Positions 17,005 through 39,159 of a DNA stretch of 64,000 bases are shown here, piece after piece. The stretch lies in NCBI GenBank assembly GCA_963693365.1, contig CAVNZM010000015.1:2170001-2234000 (forward strand), written 5' to 3'. The translations under genes and the position numbers were made by a program. Under the pieces are notes generated by a model. The model ran no database searches. It worked only from the letters and a program-made list of their open reading frames with translations, and had not been told where the DNA came from. The DNA is from Amoebidium appalachense. Its lineage: Eukaryota; Protista; Ichthyosporea. Position 1 is the stretch's first letter. Each line of letters starts with the position of its first letter.

Positions 17005-19264
17005 CCCTCCCCCCCCCCCCCCCCTTCCCCCCACACCCACCCGCCCACCCACCCATCCTTCCCCCCCCCACACACAAACACACACCCACCCCCATCCCTC
17101 CCCGCCCCCTCCCCCCGTCCCTCCTCACACACACACTCATACGCATACACATGTAAGGTTTGGCCGTGGGCGTTCAGATAGTGTCGATAAGCCCCACAAT
17201 GGCACCCTCTACACGGACATATTGGCGTCACTTTTGGAGGCACTAGACCTGCACAGTTTCAGCGCCCCCAAAGGAAAAATAAACCTCATCGGCCACAGCA
17301 TGGTAAATATATCCTATTATCCTGCCCCTGGCTCTGCCCCTGCTATAACCCCCACCCCCCCCTCCCCCTCCCCCCTTCCACAACCCCCTTCTCCCCCCCC
17401 CCCCTCCAACCACCATCACCACGACCAACACACACCCAACCCCTCCCTCGCTTCACCACACCGCCTTTTATGTGGACGACTTGGCCTCTCCTGATGATGG
17501 GCTCCATTTGTGTTCAAACTTTTTTCGTGTCCTTATGATGATGTTGCCTGATGTGAATCTGTACGTGGTACTGTGCTCCGAACTTTTACTACCCCCCCCC
17601 CCCCCTCCCCCCGCGCGCCCCCCTCCCCACACACACGCACACACCCCTCTGTCCATTCGGCATTTGCAAGTTTTCCTTGCTCTATTTATTCACGCCATTA
17701 CATACCCAATATCCCTATGTACCTCCTCCACCTCCCCTCATCTATGCATAATCCTGACCCACTAGCCGTTTTACACATATTGACTATCGAACGACACTAA
17801 TATAACATTCCACCCCCACTCACTGTTTGCATCAACGAATTTTTTTCACAGGGTGGCGCCATAGTGACTCTGATGGCCGAGAGATACCCCACCCACCTGG
17901 ACCGGGTGGTGTTGGTGGCCCCGGCAGGATTCAACAGCGCAATTCCTCAGAGGTGAGCCTTTTTATAATCATTTATGTAGTATCAAATCTGGCAGGGAGA
18001 TATGATAGATAGCCCCCCTTCCCTCCCGTCATCTTCCCGTCCTCTGACGGTAAATGCCTTAAATTTGGTACTGTGGATTATTTGCACCTCCCCCCCCCCC
18101 CCCCTCCCCCCTTCCCCCAAAGGATGAGTTTTAATCGCCTGCTTCGTTTGTAATTTTATGGATTATCATATCCAATCACGTTACCCGTTGTGAATTTGGA
18201 CTTCGGGCTGTGTATCCCACTCAAACTGACCCCCCCCCCCCCCCCCCCCCCCCCGCCCCCAACCCCATCCCCACCCCCATCCCTTCTCCCCTCCGATTCC
18301 CCTAACCACCCTGGGCGCTTGCCGCATGCACCCATATCCCATTTCTCCTCGTGTGTTTGTGTGTGGCCGTGCAGGGTGGTGGGGCTGCCCCTGTTTGGTG
18401 AGGCGGTGATGGGGCTACTCTACTACACGGGATGGGGCCGCTACCTTATGCCAGGGGATTTCCATGATGCAACACACCCAGGTGCGTACTTGGAGCATTA
18501 TCATACAAGGGGGATGGCAGATGCAAAGCACACACTTATGATGGTGTGGTATGTGGGTAGGGTTCGTTTAAGTTGAATGGTGTTGCATTTGCTCGGGTTG
18601 TGGGTTTCCAAATGACGTTGTTCAAGCAACGTCAGTTTTTTGACTGTTTATGTTGTGTGTGTTGGGCACCTAATAGACGGGCCTGGCATTTGGGTAGATT
18701 GGTGTGGTGCAACCACGGTGTGGTAGCCCTTACAACTCCAACACCGAGTGTTATAGTTTCATTTGTGGTGTAGGGGTCGTGGTGTTTGCGCTTGTGATTT
18801 TCATATTTATTATTTTTCTGTTTCATTTTCCCTTCCCTTTTAAAGAACTCTCTCCTATTTTTTGATCCGTTTCAATTGGTGGCCGTGGTGGTGGTGGTTG
18901 GAAGGGGCAAGGGTGTGGGTGGGGAGGAGGGGGGGGGGGGGGGGGGGGGGGAGAGAGAGAGTGATGAATGAACATGACAGTATTGATTCAACCGGCCTTC
19001 CCATTTATATTGGAATGTACTGTGTGCACTGTGCTGACTGGGCAGGGCTGTGCAGAGACCAGGAAGCTGATAGACCGGCAGGTGGCCACCCACCTACTGC
19101 AGGTATGGCTGTGGGCCTCATACGGATGTGCATTTAGGCTGAGGTGGTTGCATATAATAACCTGGCTTGGTCATTTTCGTTGACATGTTTTTTTTTGTGT
19201 GTGTGGTGTGTGTGTCTAAGACTAGAGATTTTTGAGATTGATGTTGGGAGACTGTATGATAGAA

Positions 19265-19303
<39 letters not shown>

Positions 19304-19997
19304 GAAAAAAAACAAAAAAAAAAACCACCAACAACCAACATGTCAACAAAAAGAAGAAGAAGAAGAAGAAGGGAAACGAAAAACGGAGAAAGGAAAGAAC
19401 AAAAAAGAGAAGAAAGAAAGACAGAAGGAGAAGAAAAATAAATGAACAGAGAAAGGAAACTTAGGGCAAAAAAAAAAGAAAAAAAAACAAGGAAAAAGAA
19501 ATACGATGGCACAAACAAGAAGGCAAGAAAGTAGGGAACTGACCCAGAGAAATTGAAGTGAAGCAACAGAACAGTAATATATGCACTGGATACCTTGAAT
19601 ACATACAGCCGTATATAAATCCTTCGGAGGTTTTGTGTGAAAAGAAAAGAAGTAAACAGTGCGTCCTTGAAAAAGGGCAAGAATTTAATCCCCAGAGTCT
19701 TTTCTTTTGATCTCGAGGGGCACAAGCACCAACCACACATCCCACCAGCTGTCACACACACCGGGCTATCTCGACACCCTCCTATCTGTGCTGCGAAATT
19801 TCCCCCTGGCCGGACTGCAGCCAATAGTGGAGGCAGTTGGCCGACAGCAAAATGGACCCCGTGTGTTTGTTCTGTGGGGGGATAAGGACACGGTGTGCCC
19901 TTATACAACAGGTCTGCACCATCACTCTTCTGATGCCTGTGTGCTGCGCGTTGCTCTGGAGAGGGGTTGTTCATATTGGACTTTTGTGCGTGGGTTG

Positions 19998-20028
<31 letters not shown>

Positions 20029-20091
20029 TGTGTGGGTGTGTGTGTCTATGTGTGTGTGTGGAAGGGGGGGGGGGGGGGGGGGGGTATGTTG

Positions 20092-20140
<49 letters not shown>

Positions 20141-20181
20141 TGTGGGTGTGGGTTGTGGTTGTGGGTGGTGAAGGTGATGTG

Positions 20182-20259
<78 letters not shown>

Positions 20260-20505
20260 GGGGGGGGGGGGGAGGGGGGGGGGGGAGGGGATGGGGGAAG
20301 GGGAGGAAGGAGCGCTATCAATAGCCTAAGGGTGGTTTTAACATATTACTTAAACATACTCCTTGCACATCCAACACCTGCAGACACACTTCAGCACAAA
20401 CTGGCATGCAATGTTATGCTCACAAGTGTGTGCGTCCGCTTAAACATTTCACCGCCCTGTCGCATTTTGCTGTTCGAAATCCGTGCGTGAAACCTTTCTT
20501 TGTTA

Positions 20506-20547
<42 letters not shown>

Positions 20548-20753
20548 TTCCCAAAAAAAAAAAAAAAACACACACACACACACACCACCACCACCACCAC
20601 AAGCCCTTGCATTTTTCTCCTTTTGCGGGTTCCAAGCACGCTGCCTGCCGTTCTAGGTCACTCTAAGCGGGTCCGCTGTGACAACCCAGTCCGTCCCCTC
20701 TCTACTGTCTAGCTCACGTTCCTCGATTTCTGTTTGTTATCTCTGCTGCTCCT

Positions 20754-20785
<32 letters not shown>

Positions 20786-21066
20786 CCCTCCCCTCCCCCC
20801 CTCTCCCCTGGTGGCACCCCCAGCTGGGTATTGCCACGCCTGTCGATACTAACTAATTTTACCCCCCCCCCCCCCCCCCCCCCCCCCCTCCCTCCCTTGG
20901 ACTCCTCCTTTACACACCTCTCATACGTACAGGCACGAGTGGCTACACCACGTGCATCCCACGTGCAGAGCTGCACGTGCTCAGTGGGGTGGGCCACTTC
21001 TGCCACTCAGAGGCTGACGGCAAGGGCCTGCATGTGCTTGTGGACTGCCTGACAAAGCTCCTCTAA
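14623..21066 (+). CDS. Alpha/beta fold hydrolase (abhydrolase_1/6-like)
   Basis: Exons 14623-14758, 15866-15947, 17158-17302, 17852-17952, 18375-18481, 19056-19102, 19749-19911, 20933-21066 join in frame: [24 protein letters not shown], nucleophile elbow [22 protein letters not shown] (Asp), SGVGHF (His). Confidence 0.92.
17471..17590 (+). repeat. Diverged copy of the pseudo-LTR 3' end
   Basis: TGTGGACGACTTGGCCTCTCCTGATGATGGGCTC matches the pLTR reverse complement TGTGGATGACGTGGGCCCCCCCTGAGGATGGGCTC; ends at a C-run. Confidence 0.7.
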
Positions 21067-21810
21067 CTGATAATTGTTATTCTGCTAAGTAGAAGCTATA
21101 TATGCTGGTGGAAGGCCGGCTAGTGCATACGTGGCGCCGCAACTTGAAGTGTGTGGCGCAACTTCCGTGCACGAATAGATAAGCAGCGCATTGGTAGGAT
21201 GTTTAGCAAGGCTTTACTTATAGCTATATGAGGCCTTGATGTTTAGACAGCATGAAGGCAGAGTAACTATTGTGTTGTGAATCACCGACATAGTAGCAGA
21301 TCTAGAATGATTAGTACTCTGTGAACGTATGTGGACAGTATAACAGCGTTAATGATGTGTTCTCCCGCGAATGAGTAAGATCTCGGACACATCGTCATCG
21401 TATAGATAATGTTTAGAAAAGTTGTGCTGGGCACCACTCGGGTTGCTTTATTTTTCCGTGCACGTATGAAGTTCTAATACAGACTGGCCCAAACATTCCG
21501 AGCTAGATGATTTGATTTTATTAGCACTCGGTTATATTGCCCATACGACTCTGTAAAAGGTTGACTGTTTGTGCCACAGATCTGAGAAGCGTCACCTGAG
21601 TTGCGGCGTGTCCTAAGCACGTGCACACCACATCGCACAATTTGAAGATCCAATAACATCTGCTGCCTTGTAGTGTTGAAAGATGCCTGTACCTTCTTCA
21701 TCATAGTTCACACTTGCAGCCATAAACAAACGTGGAACCGGCCCCAACCCCCAACCCCTCCCCTCCCCAAACCACAAACGCACACTCACGCACACGCACA
21801 CGCACACACA

Positions 21811-21853
<43 letters not shown>

Positions 21854-21964
21854 GCACACACGTACACACGTACACACACGTACACACATGCCCGTGTGTA
21901 CACAACACACAAAGCACACACGCACGCACACACACGCACGCACGCACACACATACACAATCACG

Positions 21965-22006
<42 letters not shown>

Positions 22007-22642
22007 GTGCACGTGCACACACACACGTACACGGCTTCGCTGGCACACATTTGCTCACACATTTCCCTGTGGTGCATTTTGGGCCAATCAGAGAAGGAAG
22101 ACTGTTGTTTCTAGAAGGATGGATAAAATATTAATCCAATCAGATTTCTCCACGGGTGTGCTACATGCCAATCAAAGAAGAGGGATAAAGATGCTTCGAT
22201 TCGGGTCAATAGAAATCTTTTGAGCCATGACCTAGAGCTGATGGAACAAGCCTCTACCGGTACCTATCAGGTAAAGTTCTACTCAAGCTAAAGCGGCACA
22301 CCTGATCATGAGAGGCTTACAGCGAGATAGTTTTAAAATTCTGCGCAGTTAGCTACAATTTTTTTTTTTTCTTTTTGAACTTTGATTACAGTATTGTAGT
22401 GTTGTTCATCAAGGTGCTGGGGATCTCAGTTATGCACTAGGCCTACGTCATGGGTGTGTGGGATACAAAGTCGACATATTGGCTCGAATCGAATTTGACC
22501 CGGCTCAGAAGAACGGATGTGCATAAATTCCTGAGCCGCGGCAGCATGCCCGCGCCCCGAACACCGCGTTTTTTTTTTTGGTCACTCAAAAGTTGACCGG
22601 GTCCATGTGCATGTTAGCTGTCTAATCGTTTGGATATGAAAA

Positions 22643-23266
22643 ATGGCCCCAAAAGGGAAGGGAGCTGCGGCTCAAAAAGCCCCAGCCAAGGGTGCTGAAG
22701 CGGTGCGGCCACCCAAGAAGGCAGCCGCCAGTTCGGCTCCCAGCGCGTTCAATTTTCAGACCATCATGACCTTGGTGACGATCGGATTGTCTTTGTGGCT
22801 CACTAAGACGGAGTTCTTTAATGAGTTTGTCACCGAGCATATACTGCCGTTGATTACATCACCCCCTACGAATCTTAGCACTGGTGCTTCTCTTTGTGAA
22901 GGAGCAAGCAGGTATTTTGGCGAGCAGCCGTTTGTCGGGTTCCACATTGCCTGTGTCAAGCAGGGCCCCTCTGGCGTGTCTGTGGATGTGTGGATGGATG
23001 GCTTGGAGGACGCGCAGAAGAACTTCACCGTTTCGGCTAATACCATCAAGAAGCTGAGGGCCGGCTTCGATGATAACGTAGGTGAAGAGAAAAGAGCTGT
23101 GGTGTTACCTCTCTTGTTGTCATTTAAAGGCAGAGCAAAAGGGGTGCCACGGGGTGACGAGGAGATAGGACGGGGTAAATGGAAAGAAATGTATTATGAT
23201 AATTATCGCTGAAGGCCGTGGCGGGTGTGGAGGATGGTTCAGGGCAAGGGGGCCGGGGCCTGCCGT

Positions 23267-23308
<42 letters not shown>

Positions 23309-23514
23309 GGGACAGACGTGTCTACATATTATCGTACCGTGGTCTTCCCTTGACGTTGGCAAATATTTTGTGTGTTTGCTCTCCGCTTGTGTTGAAAAAC
23401 ACCCACTCTCATGTTGTTTCGTGCGTGTGCCCGTGAGCTCTTGTATCTGCCTGGCTACATGTACTTGCACAGCTGAAGGCTAAGCCGCAGGAATCAAGAG
23501 AAACCACTCGCTTG

Positions 23515-23546
<32 letters not shown>

Positions 23547-23653
23547 AGCTCCTCCCAGTTTAAGAGGAGAATCTTGAGGTAGACAATTGAATCGATGAGC
23601 AACATAGGCACTTCCCGCCCACACACCCCGCCCATGCGTATATACACAACACA

Positions 23654-23728
<75 letters not shown>

Positions 23729-26228
23729 CTCTTTCATTGCCACACAGACACACACGACAGGCTTATATACCAGCACATTATTTACACCCACAGTAGATCC
23801 ACCCGCTGACCTACACCTATGACCTTTGTTTTTATGCCTGCAACAGCGTCCATATTCAATACGTTCCCTGCTTGCTCTTCTCCCCCCCCCTCCCCCCCCC
23901 CCCCCCCCTTTTCTCTCTCCCTCTATCGTTCTTGTCATACCTCGCCCTCCCCCCTCCCCTCCCTCTGCCCCCTGCTCTTCCCCCTACCTCCTAGCCCATT
24001 CCCTCTTTCCACGCCCCCCCCCCCCCCCCCCACACACACACACCTTTCGTCTCTTTCTCTTTACTTTCTTGCTCTCTCTGAGGCTCTCTCTCTTTCGCTT
24101 TCACCCCCCCCCCCCCCCCCCCCCCCCCGCGCCTCCCCCCTCACTCTCTTCCCCCCTCCCTTCCCCAGCCCCTTCTCCCTCTACGTCATCTCCCCCTCTC
24201 CCTTCTCACCTCACCTCCTCTCCCTCACTCTCTCTACCTTCCTCCCTCCCTCCCCTCTTCTCTCCTTTCCTCTCTTTTCAGCACAGTATTTGCACATGCA
24301 CAATGCCAGTGTAGCCCACGAGCTTTTTCAAAGACATCTGGATGCTTCCCCCCTCCTTCCCTCTCCCTCCCTCCCCCCCCCTCCCCCCCCCTTCCGTGGG
24401 GCCCACCCCGCTTTGCCCCATCACAACCATAACCCTCCGACCCTTACACTCCGAACACACATTGCACACACAAGCACGTGCGCACATGCATAGTGGTGCA
24501 AGTACACGTGCATTAGAAAGTTGACACTCAACAAACAACACCAATTGTGCGGTTATGCATTCATCAATCCTGTGCATGTGTATGCGTGTGTGTGTTAATG
24601 ATGAAACAAGCGTTGCTATGCTTAAACATGTTGACGTATTGACTGGCTCGTACATGCTCGTCTCCCCCCCCCCCCCCCCCCCCCCCCTCCCCCCCCCCCC
24701 CCCCCCCTTCGCCTCCCCCCTTTCCCCCCCACCCACCCCCCCACCCACACACATTCCCAACACCACCACCACCACGAAACTATTCACCATCGCCCCTTCA
24801 ACCCATACAAGCATTTTCCATTTGCTACTCAACAACTGCTATTCAGCTCACACTTTCGTTTCTTTCACATATATCCCCTTCCCCCCTCCCCCTCCCCCCC
24901 CCCCCCCCCGGGTCGCCCTTGCCCTCTCTCCATCCCTTCCCCCCCCCCCCCCCCCCCCCCCCCCTCTGCATGTGTTGTATTTGCTGCACTCTGTGTCCTG
25001 CAGCATGCCCTTCGATGTGCTTACCTCTTGATTTGTACCCATTCTTACCTCCCTCCACCCCCCCCCCTCCCCCCCCCCCTCTCCCCCTCCCTTACCACCA
25101 AAACCCCTCCGTCCCCTCCAGGCTCCCCTTTCCCGTGTCTTTTCCCCTCCCCACATGAACTCCACCACCTCCCCCCCCCCCCCCCACCAACCCCCCTCCG
25201 CCCCCACCTCGCCCCCAACTTCCTACCCCCCCCCCCCCCCCCCCCAAACACACACACACAGATTATCCGGCGCAAGCCCACAACCGAACTAGCCAAGAAA
25301 TGGCAGCAACCGTGGGCCATCTTCAGCCCCAACGGCAAACGGCTCGAAAAGTTTGACGAAGTTATAAGTCAAGGCATAGTTTTTATATACGAGGGCGGGC
25401 AGTTTTTGTACCCACCTGTGAAAATTGGGTTTGAACAGTATGTGAGTGTGGATTTTGGAAACATTACGCTTACCACACTGAGCGTGTCTCCTGTTGTGTT
25501 GAATGTGTCCAAGCTGCTTCTTGAGGATGAGATGGACTGGGTGATCAAGAAGGCATTCCCTACGCTCAAATCGAGCGGCGTGGTGGCGCTCGAGGGTCAG
25601 GTGGGTGGATGTGTGTGTGTGTGTGTGTGCGGAGGGGGTGGGGAGGGGGGGGTAAGGGAGGTGGGGAGTGTGTGTGTGTGGCATGTGTGTGAGGCCGGGG
25701 GGTGGGGAGGGACGTGTGCTTGCGTGTGGCATGTGTGTGAGGGGAGGGGGGAGGGGCTGGGGATGTCTGTGGTGGGTGGTGGTGGTGGTGGGGGGGGGGG
25801 GGGGGAGGAAGGAAGAGTGGGGGTGGTTGTGCGTGTGTGGGGGTGGGTGGGAGTGGGTGTGGGTGGGTGATCATATGCATTGTGGGTGTGTGAGTGAGGA
25901 GAAGTTGGCTGGCGGCTGAAGGAACTTCGGTGGGGTTGATGTGATGATGGGAAAGAGTGGTGGGATTGGTAATGTGTGTGTGTGTTGTTGTGTGTATGGT
26001 TGTGTGCATGTGTGTGTGTTGAGGGGGGGTGGAGGGGATTGGGACGGACGGGGGCAAGGGAGGGGAGGGAGGGCGTCAATGGATGATTCACTAGGAAGTA
26101 ACCTAACCTTACTAGGTAAGAAAAACAATGGGGTATCCCATGTGTGAAGATGAGGGGCTCATCTGGTTTGGGTTTTGGCTTGACGTGCTTATGCGGGTGT
26201 GGGTGGGTGGGTGGGTCTTTGTGGGTGG

Positions 26229-26259
<31 letters not shown>

Positions 26260-26342
26260 GGGGGGGGGAGGGAGTAGAGGAGAGGTGAGGTAGTCATCAG
26301 TGGATGTAGCCCATGGAAGAATGGAGTCTGATAATATCCAAA

Positions 26343-26379
<37 letters not shown>

Positions 26380-26936
26380 GGCGGTGGTTTATTATGCCAT
26401 CTGCCTTGCACTGACCTAGGAATTGTGCATGTCTATGGAAATTCCATATACAGTCAATGTAAAAAACGACATCCTTTATTAGCGGGGCAGCACATACTTT
26501 TTATGGGCTTGTCTGGGCCTCCAGCCACACTTAATAGGTTACTATGAATAGAGTTAGTCATCCAGAGATAATCATCTAGAGTTAGTCATCACGAGATGTA
26601 GCCCATCGGAGAATGGAGTCTGAAAAATGGCCGAAACATTTATCATATTTTAATAGCAGCGTGTGATTGGGGCGTAATCATAGCACTGACCCATAACACA
26701 TGATTTTAGGCGGACCGGCCAGCCAGTGACTGGCGCACGTCCAGCAACACGTGGCTGCAGGCAGACGAGAAGGTGTCTGTGATCGATGAGAGGGTGGCCG
26801 AGCTTACACATGTGCCCAAACACCACCAGGAGCTGGTGCAGGTCTTGAGGTGCGTGTGCGTGGATGGGTGGGTTGGGGGGGGGGAAGAGGGGGAGGGGGG
26901 GGGGGGGTGATGAGGGGAGGAAGGGAAGGGTGATTT

Positions 26937-26978
<42 letters not shown>

Positions 26979-28055
26979 CTGAGCTGACACATGTGCCCAA
27001 ACACCATCAGGAGCTGGTGCAGGTCTTGAGGTGCGTTGGGGTGGGTGGATGTGGGTGGGTGGGAGGAGTGTGTGTGGGATGAGGGGAGGGAGCACGGGGG
27101 GGTGGGGTGGGGGGGGGGGGGGGGGGGGGGAGATGAATGGGGGAGGGGCAGGAGGGTGGGGTGGGTGTGGGGAGGGGGAGCGGGGGAAGGGGGTGTGGGT
27201 GGGTGTGTGGGCAGGCGGGTAGGTGGATGGGTGGGCGGGTGGGTGGGTGGGGAATGGGTGTGGTGGGGGGGGGAGGGGGGGAGGGGGGGGGGGGGGGGGG
27301 GGGGCGGTTGGCGGGTAGGTGTGTTGGGAGAGGGGGGAGGGGGGGAGGATGTGTGTGTGGGTGTAGGTGTATGTGTGTGTGTGGGGGGGTGGGTGTTTTT
27401 GGGGAGGGGGGGGGGGGGGGGGGGGGGGGCACGTGAGGGTTGGCTGCACACGTGTATATGTGGGTGGATTGAGGGGTGGGCGGATGTGAAGGGAGAGGGG
27501 TGGAGTTTTTTTTTTTTTTGTTTTTTGTTTTATTTTTTTATTTTTTTGAAGGGGGGGGGGGGGGGGGGGGATGGGGGATGGGAGCTTATTTTGTTGCTCC
27601 GTTATTCCGCAATGAGAAGGGTAAGGGGTGTGTGTGTGTGGTGGTGGTGGCGGTGGGGGGGGGGGGGGGGGGGGGGGTGGAATAGTGTGCCTCCACCCCC
27701 CTACCTCTGCACGCTCCACACCCATCATCCGCCACGTAAACACGTCCCTCTTCTCCCATCCTCCCTACTTGCACCCGAATCCCGCGTATCCACACGAACC
27801 ACACACACACAAACATCCACCCGTGTCCAGAAACCTCCATCTTATCTCTTGAGCGAATGCACACTGTGCACCCACTGTATGCACACATCTAATCTTCCCG
27901 CGTGCAGGTACAAGGAAACCCAGAAGTACGTAGCGCACCACGACTATTTCGACCTGGAGATGATTGATGCCGCCACACGGGAGAGGGACCACTGGCCCAG
28001 GAAGATGGCCCATGGCTTTGGCAACCGCCTGGCAACCGTGTTCTGGTGAGTGTTC

Positions 28056-28109
<54 letters not shown>

Positions 28110-28332
28110 CTTGATGTTTGCCTGTGTGTGTGCTCGATATTTCCCTGTGTGTGTGCTCGATGTTTGTGTGTGTGTGCTATGCTGGATAAGGGTTCTATTT
28201 TGGTTCTTGTTTTGTCGTGGACTGCAGCTTTTTACGCGGCATTGAATAAATTGGGTTTAACAGAGAGTGTTTATTTTTGGTACTTCCTTTTATCCCCACA
28301 CCTCCCCACCTCCCCTCCCCTCAACACACACC

Positions 28333-28396
<64 letters not shown>

Positions 28397-28932
28397 TTTT
28401 TTGAGGGGGGAAGTGGGTAGTCCTATGTGCCCGTGTGCCTGTGACTGCGTCTGTTTATATTTGCAACACACATCATATGTAACAGGCTGGGGAAGCAGCG
28501 GATAGGCGGTAATAGGTGAATCATCGGGTAATCGGCTAGGCAGGCGTGGGTGCACGCGTTCCATGCTTGTGTGGGTTTGCTTGTTGTAATGTTGTGCATA
28601 GAGGTGTTGTTTGGCGGGCCGTACGCGCATGGTTATTAGGCGATGCAAGCACGTGTTCATTGTGGATGCACGTGCACAGGTACATGTCGAACGTGGAGGA
28701 GGGAGGTGAGACGTGGTTTGCAAGCACACGTGAGGAGGCAGAAGACCACTACCCGCCCCTGCAGTGCAAGGAGGGCATGATGGTGAAACCGGTAAAGGGG
28801 ACTGCAATTATCTTCTACTCACTTCTGCCTAGCGGTGAGGTCGATGTGATGTCTAAGCACGCTGGCTGCCCTGTTATCAAGGGGACCAAGTTTGCGGCTA
28901 ACAAGTGGATCTGGAATAAGCAGTTCGAGTAA
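22643..28932 (+). CDS. Prolyl 4-hydroxylase (2OG-Fe(II) dioxygenase) with N-terminal membrane anchor
   Basis: Exons 22643-23077, 25262-25600, 26710-26849, 27908-28045, 28680-28932. Motifs TLSVSP, WRTSSNTWL, QVLRY..QKYVAHHDYF (HxD), NRLATVFWYMSNVEEGGETWF, KHAGCPVIKGTKFAANKW; hydrophobic segment FQTIMTLVTIGLSLWL near the N-terminus. Confidence 0.93.
26978..27036 (+). repeat. Partial duplicate of the P4H exon 3 3' end plus donor site
   Basis: Copy of 26797-26855 (AELTHVPKHHQELVQVL|GTGCGT) directly after a G-run, with three differences. Confidence 0.9.
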
Positions 28933-30816
28933 TAATTTTAGACTGGGCTTGGAACTGTTTCTTGCCATTAGGGAAAGGTTGGGTTTTCTTTGCCTTTTTT
29001 TCCTCCTTTTTCCTTTCTCCAATTTTTTTTTTGCTTCTGTATCTGATTCGATATGTTGCCGGGACTTTCGTTTGTTGAGATCTTTAGAGTGCTTCTAGTT
29101 AGCATTTACTGCGACATTCGATTTGGCAGTAAGTAACTGATGCCTTTACCATTTTTTGTGCTTGTACATCTTTAGACCTGGCCAGACATAGTATCGTGGC
29201 ATGCAGGGCACCACGTGTAAATGACCACAAATAGCACCATGGTTGAAGTGGCCAGGGCCTGTGGCTGTGTGCATTAATATGCATTCTTATGCGTAGAATC
29301 TTATGCTTATAATGAAACAAATTCAACACATTCGCACCAATAAACAGTATGTTATCCAACATTTATATTCAGTGAGCATATATGTGTGGCACCAGGCACG
29401 CCCTCTGACGAGCTTCTCTCACGACGATCATGCACACGGTCGCGGCCCTCTGGAACACCATTGATGCTACCAAAATGTAAGGTGTTACTAAAAATAGAAA
29501 GCCAAAAATAGAATTTTCGAAACGGCCGTGATCATGAAGCAAAACGAAGATGTTGTGGAACAACCAGAACAATCTGTACTATATAATAACCATACTGATT
29601 GGCTCAGCCTGCATCTGTGACGTCACATGTTGGCTCAGTTTAAGAGCCGCTCAGCCTCTCAGTCTGCCAGCTCCTCCCCGGGCTGCCAGACATAACGCTA
29701 CAGCTGTAGCTGGTGTTCATGAAAGCACTGAAAAATTATTACTGGGCTAATTAAATTAGCGTTGTGCTTGCCCAGAATTCAAGCAGCCACAGCCAAGACA
29801 CGTCTCACGTGTATACACACGTGCTGCCTGGGTTGGCAAGCAAACATAAAAGTCCCAGAAAGCAAGATTAGTTGCGAGGCCCTTTGTTTTATGATTTGTT
29901 TCGCTAGAGCGCTGTTGTTATCGACCTACTTATCGACCCATGGTTCTGTGGCCTTTTCACCCACGTTCATCCGGCTGTGATTACTCCGTTCAACGGTCTC
30001 AAATCCAGCTACACTCCAGTATAGTTTCACATAAACCATTTTTTTTTTCTTCCCCCTATCCTAATCTTCTGCTGCAACGTGGAGCTATGTGCAGGATGAA
30101 AGTCTGTGGCTTGCCACGTTTGGTGAGTGTGTACGTTTTTTTTTGTTTTTGTCACGTGTTGGCAGCAGGATACGCACAAATTGTTCTCAAGAGGAATAAA
30201 GGGAATCGGGAAGGAGGGGGGAGGGGGGGGGAGGGGGTGGAACACATCTATAGGGGATTTAGGGGGAGGGTGCTGAGAGGAGGCAAGGTAAGAAGCCGTT
30301 GAGGAGCCCGATTGGTGATGGAAAGGGGGCGTGGCCGGGGGGGGGAGGGAGGGGGGAGGGAAGGGGAGGAGGTTACGGGTATTGCTAAGTTCGTAGTTGG
30401 GGAAGATCAGTCTTGTGGGAAAAGAGAAGCGAGGTAGGGATAGGAACAGGAATGTTCTAAAAGCTGACAAGTGAGATTGTGTGTGTTTTCGTGTGCATGC
30501 ATGCGGATTGGGATGCGGGCAGGCTGGCATATGTTATTATGCACATGCACGTATGTGTGTTTGTGTGGATTTCTGGTGGGAGTTTCTTCAGCCTACCCTG
30601 CCATGTTGTAGGCATCTGTGTGTGCACAAACACTTGCACCATACACATAACGTGTGTTAGTACTTGCACACACATTCACAGCTGTGTGGCTGGTGTAAGC
30701 GGGCAGTGTGTTCCCTTGCGTTTTTTTTTTTTTTTTTCTTTTTTTTTTTTTTTTGCGTGTTTGTTTGTGTGGTTGCAGGTAAAGCTGGCAGCGGATTCTC
30801 GGCGGGATAGATAACT

Positions 30817-39159
<8,343 letters not shown>

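Noticed and set aside
21352-21400. SECIS-like hairpin downstream of the hydrolase
   Set aside because: Lacks the 3' GA of the quartet, and the gene has no in-frame TGA.
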